From an uncultured virus (IMG/VR IMGVR_UViG_3300025697_003303) (Duplodnaviria > Heunggongvirae > Uroviricota > Caudoviricetes), in the IMG/VR virus record IMGVR_UViG_3300025697_003303: a stretch of 64,000 bases of DNA. One strand, given 5' to 3'. Positions 55,683-64,000 of this stretch are shown piece by piece (position 1 is the stretch's first letter; every line of letters starts with the position of its first letter). The notes under the pieces were generated by a model. The model saw only the letters and a program-made list of their open reading frames with translations. It had not been told where the DNA came from and made no database searches. The position numbers and the translations under genes were made by a program.

Positions 55683-56603
55683 TTATCCAAATAGTTCTTT
55701 ATATCTTTTAATATGTGTATGATTTCTTAATACATCTCTGGCTATATTATGATATGGTTTAAAATTCATATCCAACTTATCCTCTAAGTCGTCCCAATTC
55801 TTATAATTAATAACAAACTCGTCCAAATCTTTCATTCCATACCTAACTAAATCGCAATTTGTTAATACTGCTGCACCAGAAGCCGCGTATTCAAATATTT
55901 TAGACGGGACATAGTCTCCATATACACTTTCAGTTGGACAGACCAAAGCACTAGCACTCATCATTATAGACCAATATTTTTTCTTTTCATACATTCTCAG
56001 TACATTTATGCCAGGTTCAAATTTAATTCTCTTTTTAAATCTTTTATACATCTTTATTCTATGTTTATAAGCCGGTAATGTAGCTCTGCCCACAAAAAAA
56101 ACACCCTTTCTCTTCCTTTTTGTCTTTTTATCTAAAAGATTTTCTGGGACAGACCATTTAAACAATTTAATATTTTTCCATGTATCACAATTTTCCAAAT
56201 GCTTTAAAAACTTTTTTCTGCTACCAAGACCCTTGTGATACTTCTGAGAAGACTTCCCCCACCACGATGCCCGGCAATATAATGAATCAAACTGATTATA
56301 CCATTGATCTGTAGATGGACGACCCCACGTATCTGTCTCAACAAATACTTTTTCAACATTTATTTTACTAATATCTGGCAACCACTGTTCAGATGCCTTT
56401 CTGTTTGTGCCATAAATATAATCAGGTTTAAATGAATCTATCTTCTTTTGGAGAGAATCTATACTTGTCTCCGAAAATCCCTTTCCCCAAAATTCTACTT
56501 CATAACAATTTTGACAATCTGTTATCCATCCACAGTGTATAATCCTATTAGTCTTTTTTGTGGCTCTTATTTTATTATATATAAATAATATTTTCTTTTT
56601 CAT
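55683..56603 (-). CDS. Glycosyltransferase, CgeB-like GT-B
   Basis: FFVG....Y..R, K.FEYAASGA and HT...RY. Confidence 0.7.
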   Translation of the reverse strand: MKKKILFIYNKIRATKKTNRIIHCGWITDCQNCYEVEFWGKGFSETSIDSLQKKIDSFKPDYIYGTNRKASEQWLPDISKINVEKVFVETDTWGRPSTDQWYNQFDSLYCRASWWGKSSQKYHKGLGSRKKFLKHLENCDTWKNIKLFKWSVPENLLDKKTKRKRKGVFFVGRATLPAYKHRIKMYKRFKKRIKFEPGINVLRMYEKKKYWSIMMSASALVCPTESVYGDYVPSKIFEYAASGAAVLTNCDLVRYGMKDLDEFVINYKNWDDLEDKLDMNFKPYHNIARDVLRNHTHIKRYKELFG

Positions 56604-57682
56604 TATTTTAATTTTCTACAATATGCAGATAATTGAGTTTTTATAGATTCGGCGGTTTTTTCAATAGTGTACATAGATGCTTTTTGTATTAACTGAGAAG
56701 ATATTTGATTTCTCAAACTTTCATCATCTGATAATTTTTTTATTATTTTAACAAATTGTTTTACTTTATTTTTTGTTATAGGTGGTTCAAAAATACTTCT
56801 ATCTACAAATAGATTGTAATCATCACCTAAAACTTCTTTTCTAGCAATAGATTTGGGTAATATTAAAGGTACTCCGCATGCTGCTGTCTCTAACGTCCTT
56901 AAACTGCCATAATAATCCCAACCAGATTTATAATAAGTTATCATCACCAAATCACATGCAGATAACATATACGGCATTTTTTTATGACTAACTTTACATA
57001 CTTTAACACCAGTTTTTTTCTCTAGTTTTTCTCTTTTTTTGCGAGTATCACGCGTTCCTATAATAATCTTAGCATTTGGTATTTTCTTCATTATCTCAGG
57101 TATAGATTTTAAAAGAATATATGGATAATTAAACCCTCCCAAAGATTTGCTAAAATATCCTATGATAAAGTCTCCACCTATTTCTTCCCTTATCTTTTGT
57201 GTTTCAGCATGATCTTGAAGAGGTTTAAAACTAGGTAAAAAAGATTGTTGCAATGTGATTACTCTCTTATACTTAGAACCTTTTGGATTTATTTTTACCG
57301 CTTTTTTCCCATTCCTCAATACATCTGCCCAGGACATTGTTGTTGTTGCTAATATGGTAGATTTTTTAAAAGCCTTTTTTAAGAAACTATCAACAAACCA
57401 AATTATATTAGCATTAGGTCTTTTTTTTCTCAAAAATCTTAGTAACGGCATATTGTTTCTAATTATATACAAGTCATAATCTCTTTCCATAGATTTTAAC
57501 TCAAAAGTAGAACGATGAAATTTTGTTCCATAATGGGATTCATTTGGGGCAAATTTATAACCAGAATAATAGACTTCTGCAAACAAACTAAGAGCGCAAC
57601 ACATATTAATTGTTGTAATAACACCAGATCCCTTTGCAGGAGCAAGTCTCCGAACCGAACCGTGTTGCACAAATATTTTCAT
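56603..57682 (-). CDS. GT4-like glycosyltransferase
   Basis: M..LSACDL, LETAACGVP; start reassigned to MKIFVQHG. Confidence 0.8.
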   Translation of the reverse strand: MKIFVQHGSVRRLAPAKGSGVITTINMCCALSLFAEVYYSGYKFAPNESHYGTKFHRSTFELKSMERDYDLYIIRNNMPLLRFLRKKRPNANIIWFVDSFLKKAFKKSTILATTTMSWADVLRNGKKAVKINPKGSKYKRVITLQQSFLPSFKPLQDHAETQKIREEIGGDFIIGYFSKSLGGFNYPYILLKSIPEIMKKIPNAKIIIGTRDTRKKREKLEKKTGVKVCKVSHKKMPYMLSACDLVMITYYKSGWDYYGSLRTLETAACGVPLILPKSIARKEVLGDDYNLFVDRSIFEPPITKNKVKQFVKIIKKLSDDESLRNQISSQLIQKASMYTIEKTAESIKTQLSAYCRKLK

Positions 57683-57683
57683 A

Positions 57684-58478
57684 TTAATATTGCAAAAAAG
57701 ATGTATTATCGATAGTAATACCTTCTCTTTTCCTTTTTTCAAAAGATTTCTCAGAAGCAGCTATAATCACTTTATTTTTCTCTTTATTCTTTTTTCTCTT
57801 ATATCTCATGGACTTTCTATGATATCTATAATATGCTAATGATTTATTAACAAAAGCATGCGTTACCAATTTTTTATCATCATCAGACTTCCCAAAAAGC
57901 CTCCACCACATCTCTCTATCAGATCTAGATACTAAATCCTCATCATATAAACCATACTCCTGATATACATGCCTACGTACCATTACTGTTTGAGCATGTA
58001 TATTATACAAAGTATTACACATCTCTATAGAAGGTTTTTTCTTAGCATATAATTTAACATTTTGATATGGTAAATTCTTAAGTTTGTAACATTTTTTAAG
58101 AGAGATATCACCATAAACAGCTATAGCATTACCGTATACAAATTCAACATCGTTTAACAACAAAGACGACAGCCTATGCGACACAGACTTTTTTGTTAAC
58201 ATATCATCAGCATCTAACAATACTATAACTTCGCCCTTAGATGATTTAATACCTACATTTTTGCAAAAAGAATAACCCTTGTTTTCCGTCAATGCTATGA
58301 CCTTAACGTCATCAACAGAATTTGCAACATTCACTGATTCGTCTTTAGAACAATCATCTACCACAATAATCTCGATATTATCATAATCCTGTTTTTTGAT
58401 AGACAAAAGGCAATCTTTTATATATTTTTCATAATTATATAAAGTTACGACTACGCTCACAAGTGGGTTATTTAACAT
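57684..58478 (-). CDS. GT2 glycosyltransferase
   Basis: VSVVV..YN, VDDCSKD, N.G, LDADD and D.EMW.R. Confidence 0.9.
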   Translation of the reverse strand: MLNNPLVSVVVTLYNYEKYIKDCLLSIKKQDYDNIEIIVVDDCSKDESVNVANSVDDVKVIALTENKGYSFCKNVGIKSSKGEVIVLLDADDMLTKKSVSHRLSSLLLNDVEFVYGNAIAVYGDISLKKCYKLKNLPYQNVKLYAKKKPSIEMCNTLYNIHAQTVMVRRHVYQEYGLYDEDLVSRSDREMWWRLFGKSDDDKKLVTHAFVNKSLAYYRYHRKSMRYKRKKNKEKNKVIIAASEKSFEKRKREGITIDNTSFLQY

Positions 58479-58480
58479 TC

Positions 58481-59254
58481 TTATATCCAAAATTTAGGCT
58501 TTAACCAATCTTTCCCTATGTCTATATAGGATTTTACTAACTTATACAGAAATAAGTTAGTTTGTCCTATTTTTTTAGACTCAATATTTATAGATTCCAT
58601 TATTTTATTTACATTCCCTCTATCCCAATGTATAGCTCCAGGTACACGACTATCATTATATATAGATCTTCTTCCCATAAGTCCCAATTCTATTACGCTA
58701 TTAGCGATTCCATCGTGTGGAGTAAGTCTTATCCCTATAAAACACCTTTTATATATATCTACAAGTTCTTGTCTTGTATATCGTTTATCTCCACCTATAA
58801 TATTAATCTTAAACTTAGATTTACGCTGTATGTCTTTTATTATTTCCAACCCATAAAAATCTGGTTTTGAATTAGGTATATAAGTGTATATCTCATCGCC
58901 CAAAGGACAGGGTTTAAACATTTTTGCATTAGTTCCAATTATGGGTAAAAATTTATATTCAACACCTAATCTTTTAAAATCATTTTCTATAAAAGAAGAG
59001 ATTGCAACATGTTTTATATTAGATTTTTTTTTACATTTCTTAATTCTATTATCGCTCATAGCATCTGAGCCTCGCCAGACCGCTATGGCTAAAGATTTAT
59101 GACTAAGTAGAGTAGTTATGTCATTCCAATAAACGCCAAAAAAGATACACGGCTTGTTCCTATTCTTAATGTCACGCAAGCTGTATTTGTGCATAAAATC
59201 AGAAAATAAAAGCTTAGATCCCTTATTCATTCTACATTGGTTTATTGTAGACAT
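58481..59254 (-). CDS. Glycosyltransferase-like (GT-B) protein
   Basis: CFIGIRLTPHDGIANSVIELGLMGR. Confidence 0.65.
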   Translation of the reverse strand: MSTINQCRMNKGSKLLFSDFMHKYSLRDIKNRNKPCIFFGVYWNDITTLLSHKSLAIAVWRGSDAMSDNRIKKCKKKSNIKHVAISSFIENDFKRLGVEYKFLPIIGTNAKMFKPCPLGDEIYTYIPNSKPDFYGLEIIKDIQRKSKFKINIIGGDKRYTRQELVDIYKRCFIGIRLTPHDGIANSVIELGLMGRRSIYNDSRVPGAIHWDRGNVNKIMESINIESKKIGQTNLFLYKLVKSYIDIGKDWLKPKFWI

Positions 59255-60126
59255 TATTTTTCTAGAAGTATTGATCTAACTATTCTTGGACTTGTCTTAT
59301 CATATTTTGGTATATATTGATTATGAGATTTCTCACAAAAATATATTGCATCTTCATTACTTATATCTGTATATATTCCCCTAGCCCATTTTCCATCTTT
59401 AAAAACTTTATATGGACTATAGCCTCTATCTCTAAATAGGTCTGGACAAGCAACAGCAGCAGATACAACATATTTAAAATTATACCCTATACCCAATAAC
59501 TCTCTAAGAACCTTTGAAAAATCACGAGACTCACTATAAGTTTCTGGATGGACCTCTATCAAAATTTTACAATGCTTAGCTTCGGAAAATGTTTTCATTC
59601 CTCCCGATAAAGCTTCTATTTCATATCCCTCTATATCCATCTTTATAAAATCCGGTATATACTTTAACTGGTCTATTGTCTTGGTCTCTACTATCCCTGC
59701 TTTTTGTATTTTAGATTTATCAGGTTTGTTCATTGTCGTCAAATTAGGACTATCAGCATAATATATGTCTTGCTCTCCTACATGATCAGAAATAGCACAA
59801 CTAAGAACGGTTGTTTTTTCTTTAAAACCATTTTTGTCTATATTCTTTTTCAAAATCCGTCTTGTGCGGCTATCAACCTCTATGCATACAACATGATCCA
59901 TACTTCTACAGAGATACATACTTATATGACCTATATTAGCTCCTATATCAATAGCCAATGCACCCTTTGCTTCTTTTTTAATCATCCAAATAAATTCTGG
60001 TTCTCTTGATCCTGCGTGTAATAAGGCTGAAGACACTCCTTTATCTCTCGGATCTAAATAAAACTTAAATCCATCTATCTTTTTTTTAACAAGATGACCT
60101 TTACTAAAATTCATAATTAACTCCAA
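59254..60126 (-). CDS. FkbM-family methyltransferase
   Basis: DIGANIG and IKMDIEGYE; paralog of 51947-52801. Confidence 0.9.
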   Translation of the reverse strand: MELIMNFSKGHLVKKKIDGFKFYLDPRDKGVSSALLHAGSREPEFIWMIKKEAKGALAIDIGANIGHISMYLCRSMDHVVCIEVDSRTRRILKKNIDKNGFKEKTTVLSCAISDHVGEQDIYYADSPNLTTMNKPDKSKIQKAGIVETKTIDQLKYIPDFIKMDIEGYEIEALSGGMKTFSEAKHCKILIEVHPETYSESRDFSKVLRELLGIGYNFKYVVSAAVACPDLFRDRGYSPYKVFKDGKWARGIYTDISNEDAIYFCEKSHNQYIPKYDKTSPRIVRSILLEK

Positions 60127-60167
60127 TTCTTTCTGTGACCTACTATACTTTCGATATCAATCTAAGA

Positions 60168-60791
60168 CTACCTTCTAGAATATAAACGAGAAAAATCATC
60201 ATCAGAATTATGTCCAGTTAATTCAAATCCAAATTTATTAAGACAAGCAACAATGTTATTGTGATCTGTCTCGTTAACGTTTTTAATCTTTTTATAATGC
60301 CATTCACAAAATATCTTATCTATATAAGATATAGATCCTTCCGTTATCATGTGTTGAAACAAATTATACTCCTCTCCTTCTATATCCACTTTTAAAACAA
60401 TAAAATCATCTTCTTTAAAATTTTCAAGTATATACTGAGAAAAATCGACAGACTGTACATGTATAAAATTTTCTTTTGATATCTGTCCTGACGTTTTATT
60501 TATATTTAACGTAGAGCCTTCACTTATACCTGATTTACTTTTTTTGTTTTTCCCTACATAAAATTTCACCTTAGAATTGTCAACAATACTAGCCGCTTTA
60601 CGCTCTAAAGTAATTTTGTTATACAAAGAAAGATTTTTACGTTTCAACTTTTTTTTAAGACTTTTTTTTATAGATTTATATAAAATAGGAACTGGCTCGA
60701 ATCCTATGTAATGATCAAAGTCTGGAAAAAGTTTTATTCCTCGTAAAAAAGTAGACGCATCATACATTCCTAATTCAATATAATAGTTCAA
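60168..60791 (-). CDS. FkbM-family methyltransferase
   Basis: ELG..D, FEP, LKVDIEGEEY and EWH. Confidence 0.85.
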   Translation of the reverse strand: MNYYIELGMYDASTFLRGIKLFPDFDHYIGFEPVPILYKSIKKSLKKKLKRKNLSLYNKITLERKAASIVDNSKVKFYVGKNKKSKSGISEGSTLNINKTSGQISKENFIHVQSVDFSQYILENFKEDDFIVLKVDIEGEEYNLFQHMITEGSISYIDKIFCEWHYKKIKNVNETDHNNIVACLNKFGFELTGHNSDDDFSRLYSRR

Positions 60792-60798
60792 GATGTCC

Positions 60799-61725
60799 TC
60801 ACTTAGAAAGTGTTTCTAAAAAATACTCGTAATACTGCTTTGCAATCGAAACAATGTCAAATCTTTTTTTATCTGTTTTCATTCCTTCGTTCTTCATAGA
60901 TAGCATTGCTTCTGCTACTTTTCTTCTATCTATTTTTGGAGGCGAATATAACTTACATGGTTTAAAATCCCATTTCTGGTCATCTATCCCTATACCTGAA
61001 CCACTACCCAATTCTATATGCCCACCTGATTTCGTATATATAAGTGGACATCCAGCCATAATAGACTCTATCATGGCATTTGGACACCAGTCTAACCATG
61101 TAAGATGTACTGTACATATTGCTTTTGATAACAATATTTTCAACTCATCGACCTGTTGCCATCCAATATATCTAATTCTTTTGTGTTTCTTAATTTTACT
61201 ATCAGGTTTACCAGTAATAACAAGATCAGAATCCAAACCCATATCAAGAGCAATTATAAAAGACTTAACAATATCATTTAGCCTTTTATGTGGTCTCCAT
61301 TTGCAATTTGCTAAAATAAAATTCTCAGCAGATCTAGGTAGAAATTCGTAAGAATCTGCACCATTGTGTATAATCGCATATGGCTCTTTTTTTATTTTAA
61401 GAAACTTTCTATAAGCATTTTTGCAAAATGTAGATTGATACACAATAGCATCACACTTTTTTATATTATTTACTATTTTTTTATTTTTAATTTTATATTT
61501 TTGTTCACTATTCAAGATTAAACCATCAAGTCGCAAAATATTAACTTTTGCCTTTGTATTGCGTTTGTCGTTAGAATTCATTAAAAATATATCTGGGCTA
61601 GAAGACGAGACATTAATACCTTGCTCCTCAAAACATTTGGCTAACCTAATAAAAAAACGATGTTTACCAGAATTGACATCTTTCTCTTTTATATTTGCAC
61701 TAAATCCAATCTTCACTTGATCCAA
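60799..61725 (-). CDS. GT4-like glycosyltransferase
   Basis: IHNGAD, R..KR, CPNAMIES..G.P and GG..E. Confidence 0.85.
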   Translation of the reverse strand: MDQVKIGFSANIKEKDVNSGKHRFFIRLAKCFEEQGINVSSSSPDIFLMNSNDKRNTKAKVNILRLDGLILNSEQKYKIKNKKIVNNIKKCDAIVYQSTFCKNAYRKFLKIKKEPYAIIHNGADSYEFLPRSAENFILANCKWRPHKRLNDIVKSFIIALDMGLDSDLVITGKPDSKIKKHKRIRYIGWQQVDELKILLSKAICTVHLTWLDWCPNAMIESIMAGCPLIYTKSGGHIELGSGSGIGIDDQKWDFKPCKLYSPPKIDRRKVAEAMLSMKNEGMKTDKKRFDIVSIAKQYYEYFLETLSK

Positions 61726-62714
61726 CCTTCCTGTTTAGATACTATCAAAAGTTGTTTTTTCCAATCTTTAAACGCAACTGCTCTATATCTTTTCCCTGTA
61801 ACATCAAATACGATATCTGCTAATCTTTTAGAAGTTTTTAAAAAACCAAACTCTTTGTAATAACTATCTCTTATTTTACTTTGATCTAAAACCAAAACTT
61901 CTTTCATAGCCCTTTTTAAAGATTCAAGATAACACTCTTTTTCTATGCTATTAGGAGCATCCTCTATCCCAGGAGCATCAAAAAATCTTCCACTATTTTC
62001 ATTAACATATTTCCATCCACCATATATATTGCGATTAACAACAACTGGTCTAGAATTTACAATTGATTCTGTTATTATTCTTGGGCTACTATCAGCAGTA
62101 TTAGGGAAAAGAACAAATTTTGCGGAAGTTATAACGGAAGATAATTTATTATCGGTAAAAAGCTTATGTTTTGTTTCAATGTTCGTGAAACTTTTCCACT
62201 CATTTTTTGCTATCTTTAAAAGATTTTTATAGATAGGTCTTTTATACTTTTTTGAGTCATTAATGCAATAGTCAACAATAAGTCCATTTAGCCCAAGCTC
62301 CCTAGCCGCTCTGTCTATCAAACGAAGCATATAAAGACCCTTACATTTAATACCTTGCCTAGATAAAAGTGTAAAATAAACAAAATCATATTTAGGAATT
62401 TTAGACGGATTTCCTACAGCAGTCAAAAGATCATCACAAAAATCTGATTCAGATAATAAATATTGTGGAACAGATGGAGGCAAATGAGTTTTAATCCTAA
62501 ACGGATGACAAATAGCCTTTATCTTCTTAGACCAAGTTATATTTTTTTCTGCAAATCTATAATCACAAGAAATACAAATACCAACTTTTTTTATCTTTTT
62601 GTTCTGTACTTCAGCACCAAAAGGTTTTCTCATCAACGTAATATCTAAATTAGTGATTTTCCCACCTTTAGTAACTGCTATAAGTTTTTTAAAACTATCA
62701 GGCTTTACACGCAT
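61713..62714 (-). CDS. GT-B glycosyltransferase
   Basis: LSESDF, KF.LFPN..D.SPRII.E and GGWKYVN. Confidence 0.7.
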   Translation of the reverse strand: MRVKPDSFKKLIAVTKGGKITNLDITLMRKPFGAEVQNKKIKKVGICISCDYRFAEKNITWSKKIKAICHPFRIKTHLPPSVPQYLLSESDFCDDLLTAVGNPSKIPKYDFVYFTLLSRQGIKCKGLYMLRLIDRAARELGLNGLIVDYCINDSKKYKRPIYKNLLKIAKNEWKSFTNIETKHKLFTDNKLSSVITSAKFVLFPNTADSSPRIITESIVNSRPVVVNRNIYGGWKYVNENSGRFFDAPGIEDAPNSIEKECYLESLKRAMKEVLVLDQSKIRDSYYKEFGFLKTSKRLADIVFDVTGKRYRAVAFKDWKKQLLIVSKQEGWIK

Positions 62715-62736
62715 TAATTTTTCCTTTTATTCAAGA

Positions 62737-62762
62737 AAATCTGTTTTTCTTTTCTCTATTTT
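62737..62762. repeat. 26-bp direct repeat, copy 1 (AAATCTGTTTTTCTTTTCTCTATTTT)
   Basis: Identical to 63427-63452. Confidence 0.9.
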
Positions 62763-62766
62763 ACTA

Positions 62767-63405
62767 TCATCTTTTAGTTGCAACAAAAATAGGCCAATTT
62801 GTTTTCTTGTGATATATCTTATCTATATCAAATCCATTTTGTTTCAAGAATTTAGATATACTCTTTACCGTATACAGCCCAAACCTATTGTTCGTTTTAT
62901 TTTTGTCTTTCCTTGCACTACATATAAATATCTCAGCGTCTTCCATTATATCAAGAAGGACATCTATATCTTTATTGTCGAGGTGATAGAGAACCTGGCA
63001 TGCCAAAATCCCTTTGATATTATACAAATCGTTATTTTTAAAACCATTAAGTTTTTCATTCCTAAAAAATATTCTAGTGGTATCAAATCCCCTCTTCTTG
63101 AAAAATGTTTTTGTAATAAGAGCATTCCTATAAAATGTCTCGTTGAATTCCACTCCAATAACTTTGTCAAACTTCATAGACGCTACCACAGATAATATCC
63201 CATTATTACAACCAATATCAACTATTCCAAACGGATACTTTTCAGATATGTCACGCATAACATCAAGTGCATTCTTAAACCTTTTGTTAATCTTTTGATA
63301 GTGGCGAATCTTCTCTTTAGACTTAGGAAACTCTACATTCCATGCTCTTACTAATTTGTTATATATACCAGACAGATACTTCGTACTCAGTAAATCTTTT
63401 GTCAT
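62767..63405 (-). CDS. Class I SAM-dependent methyltransferase
   Basis: VDIGCNNG, GVE and VLYH. Confidence 0.85.
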   Translation of the reverse strand: MTKDLLSTKYLSGIYNKLVRAWNVEFPKSKEKIRHYQKINKRFKNALDVMRDISEKYPFGIVDIGCNNGILSVVASMKFDKVIGVEFNETFYRNALITKTFFKKRGFDTTRIFFRNEKLNGFKNNDLYNIKGILACQVLYHLDNKDIDVLLDIMEDAEIFICSARKDKNKTNNRFGLYTVKSISKFLKQNGFDIDKIYHKKTNWPIFVATKR

Positions 63406-64000
63406 TGTAGCAACTCCAAACCAGATAAATCTGTTTTTCTTTTCTCTATTTTTGCTTTTACTATTTTTTGCAATTTATCATTAATCAATAACTTAGCTTT
63501 AGATTTATGCATTTGCTTTCCGTGTTTTCTATATATGGCTACATGATCATTAACCCATCCTGTTTTAAAACCATGATTAAAAACCCTATAAAACATTTCC
63601 CTATCACTTTTAGATCTAAGAGATTCATCATATAAGCCTATTTTCCTATGTATATCTTTCAAAAGCATAACACCTTGAGCATGAACATATTTAGGATTTT
63701 TTGTCTTCTTCCATTTTTTTGTCATTCTAGATTCGCTTAATGCACCTTTTGAAAGATCTATAACAGGACCGTGAACGAAATCATATCCCATTTCTATTTT
63801 TTTCAACCTTATAGATAAACTATTTTCCGTCAACATGTCATCAGCATCAAGCATAACTAAAACTTCTGATGTAGCATTTTTTATCCCTATATTTTTCGCA
63901 TATGAATAACCTCTGTTCTCATCCAATTTTATATATTTAAGTCTATCTGTTTTGAATTTTCTAATTACACTATAAGGATTATCTGTAGATGAATCGTCTA
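63402..64000 (-). CDS. GT2 glycosyltransferase (5' end outside window)
   Basis: Frame open to the window edge: DDSSTD...NRG...LDADD...HAQ...SDREM; paralog of 57684-58478. Confidence 0.9.
   Translation of the reverse strand, partial: DDSSTDNPYSVIRKFKTDRLKYIKLDENRGYSYAKNIGIKNATSEVLVMLDADDMLTENSLSIRLKKIEMGYDFVHGPVIDLSKGALSESRMTKKWKKTKNPKYVHAQGVMLLKDIHRKIGLYDESLRSKSDREMFYRVFNHGFKTGWVNDHVAIYRKHGKQMHKSKAKLLINDKLQKIVKAKIEKRKTDLSGLELLQ
63427..63452. repeat. 26-bp direct repeat, copy 2
   Basis: Identical to 62737-62762; encodes KIEKRKTD of the GT2 C-terminus. Confidence 0.9.

Noticed and set aside
1..64000. Stop-codon reassignment
   Set aside because: Conserved genes are full length under the standard code, and TAA, TAG and TGA all end genes.
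1..64000. tRNA or rRNA genes
   Set aside because: No cloverleaf or T-loop signature recognised in the few intergenic gaps; a tRNA scan would be decisive.

Overview
AT-rich (roughly 30% GC by eye), gene-dense 64 kb segment of a large tailed-phage genome, almost all on the minus strand and read with the standard code. Left to right: (1) tail and neck module with the tape measure 5' end, two paralogous tail assembly chaperones (one with a -1 frameshift), tail tube, tail completion, a Mu gp36-like adaptor and an embedded actin-like ATPase; (2) PhoH, hypotheticals and a GC-rich 12-bp iteron-like repeat block; (3) an accessory region with a tandem array of about ten small Ser/Arg/Cys-rich peptide genes hit by two different TnpB elements; (4) a block of unrelated proteins sharing an N-terminal M-[NS]-W-[YF]-K/R-x(1-5)-[AS]-[QKE] tag (PcfJ-like, ART/Tpt1-like, zincin, LETM1-like, plus a CCA-adding/HD enzyme with internal copies) around an untagged C39-like cysteine peptidase, the best candidate for an undescribed system; (5) a bacterial-type replication and transcription block (RuvC-like, DnaJ, HolA, DnaN, SigH-like sigma, DnaX, dNMP kinase, TopA); (6) a cluster of over 14 kb of glycosyltransferase, methyltransferase and nucleotide-sugar genes, including an intein-containing UDP-glucose dehydrogenase and a truncated PEP mutase. 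Two recurring upstream motifs (AGGA-N17/18-[GT]AAT and CGAT) suggest two promoter classes. No tRNA, rRNA or CRISPR array was recognised. All calls come from motif reading by eye; no database search was run.
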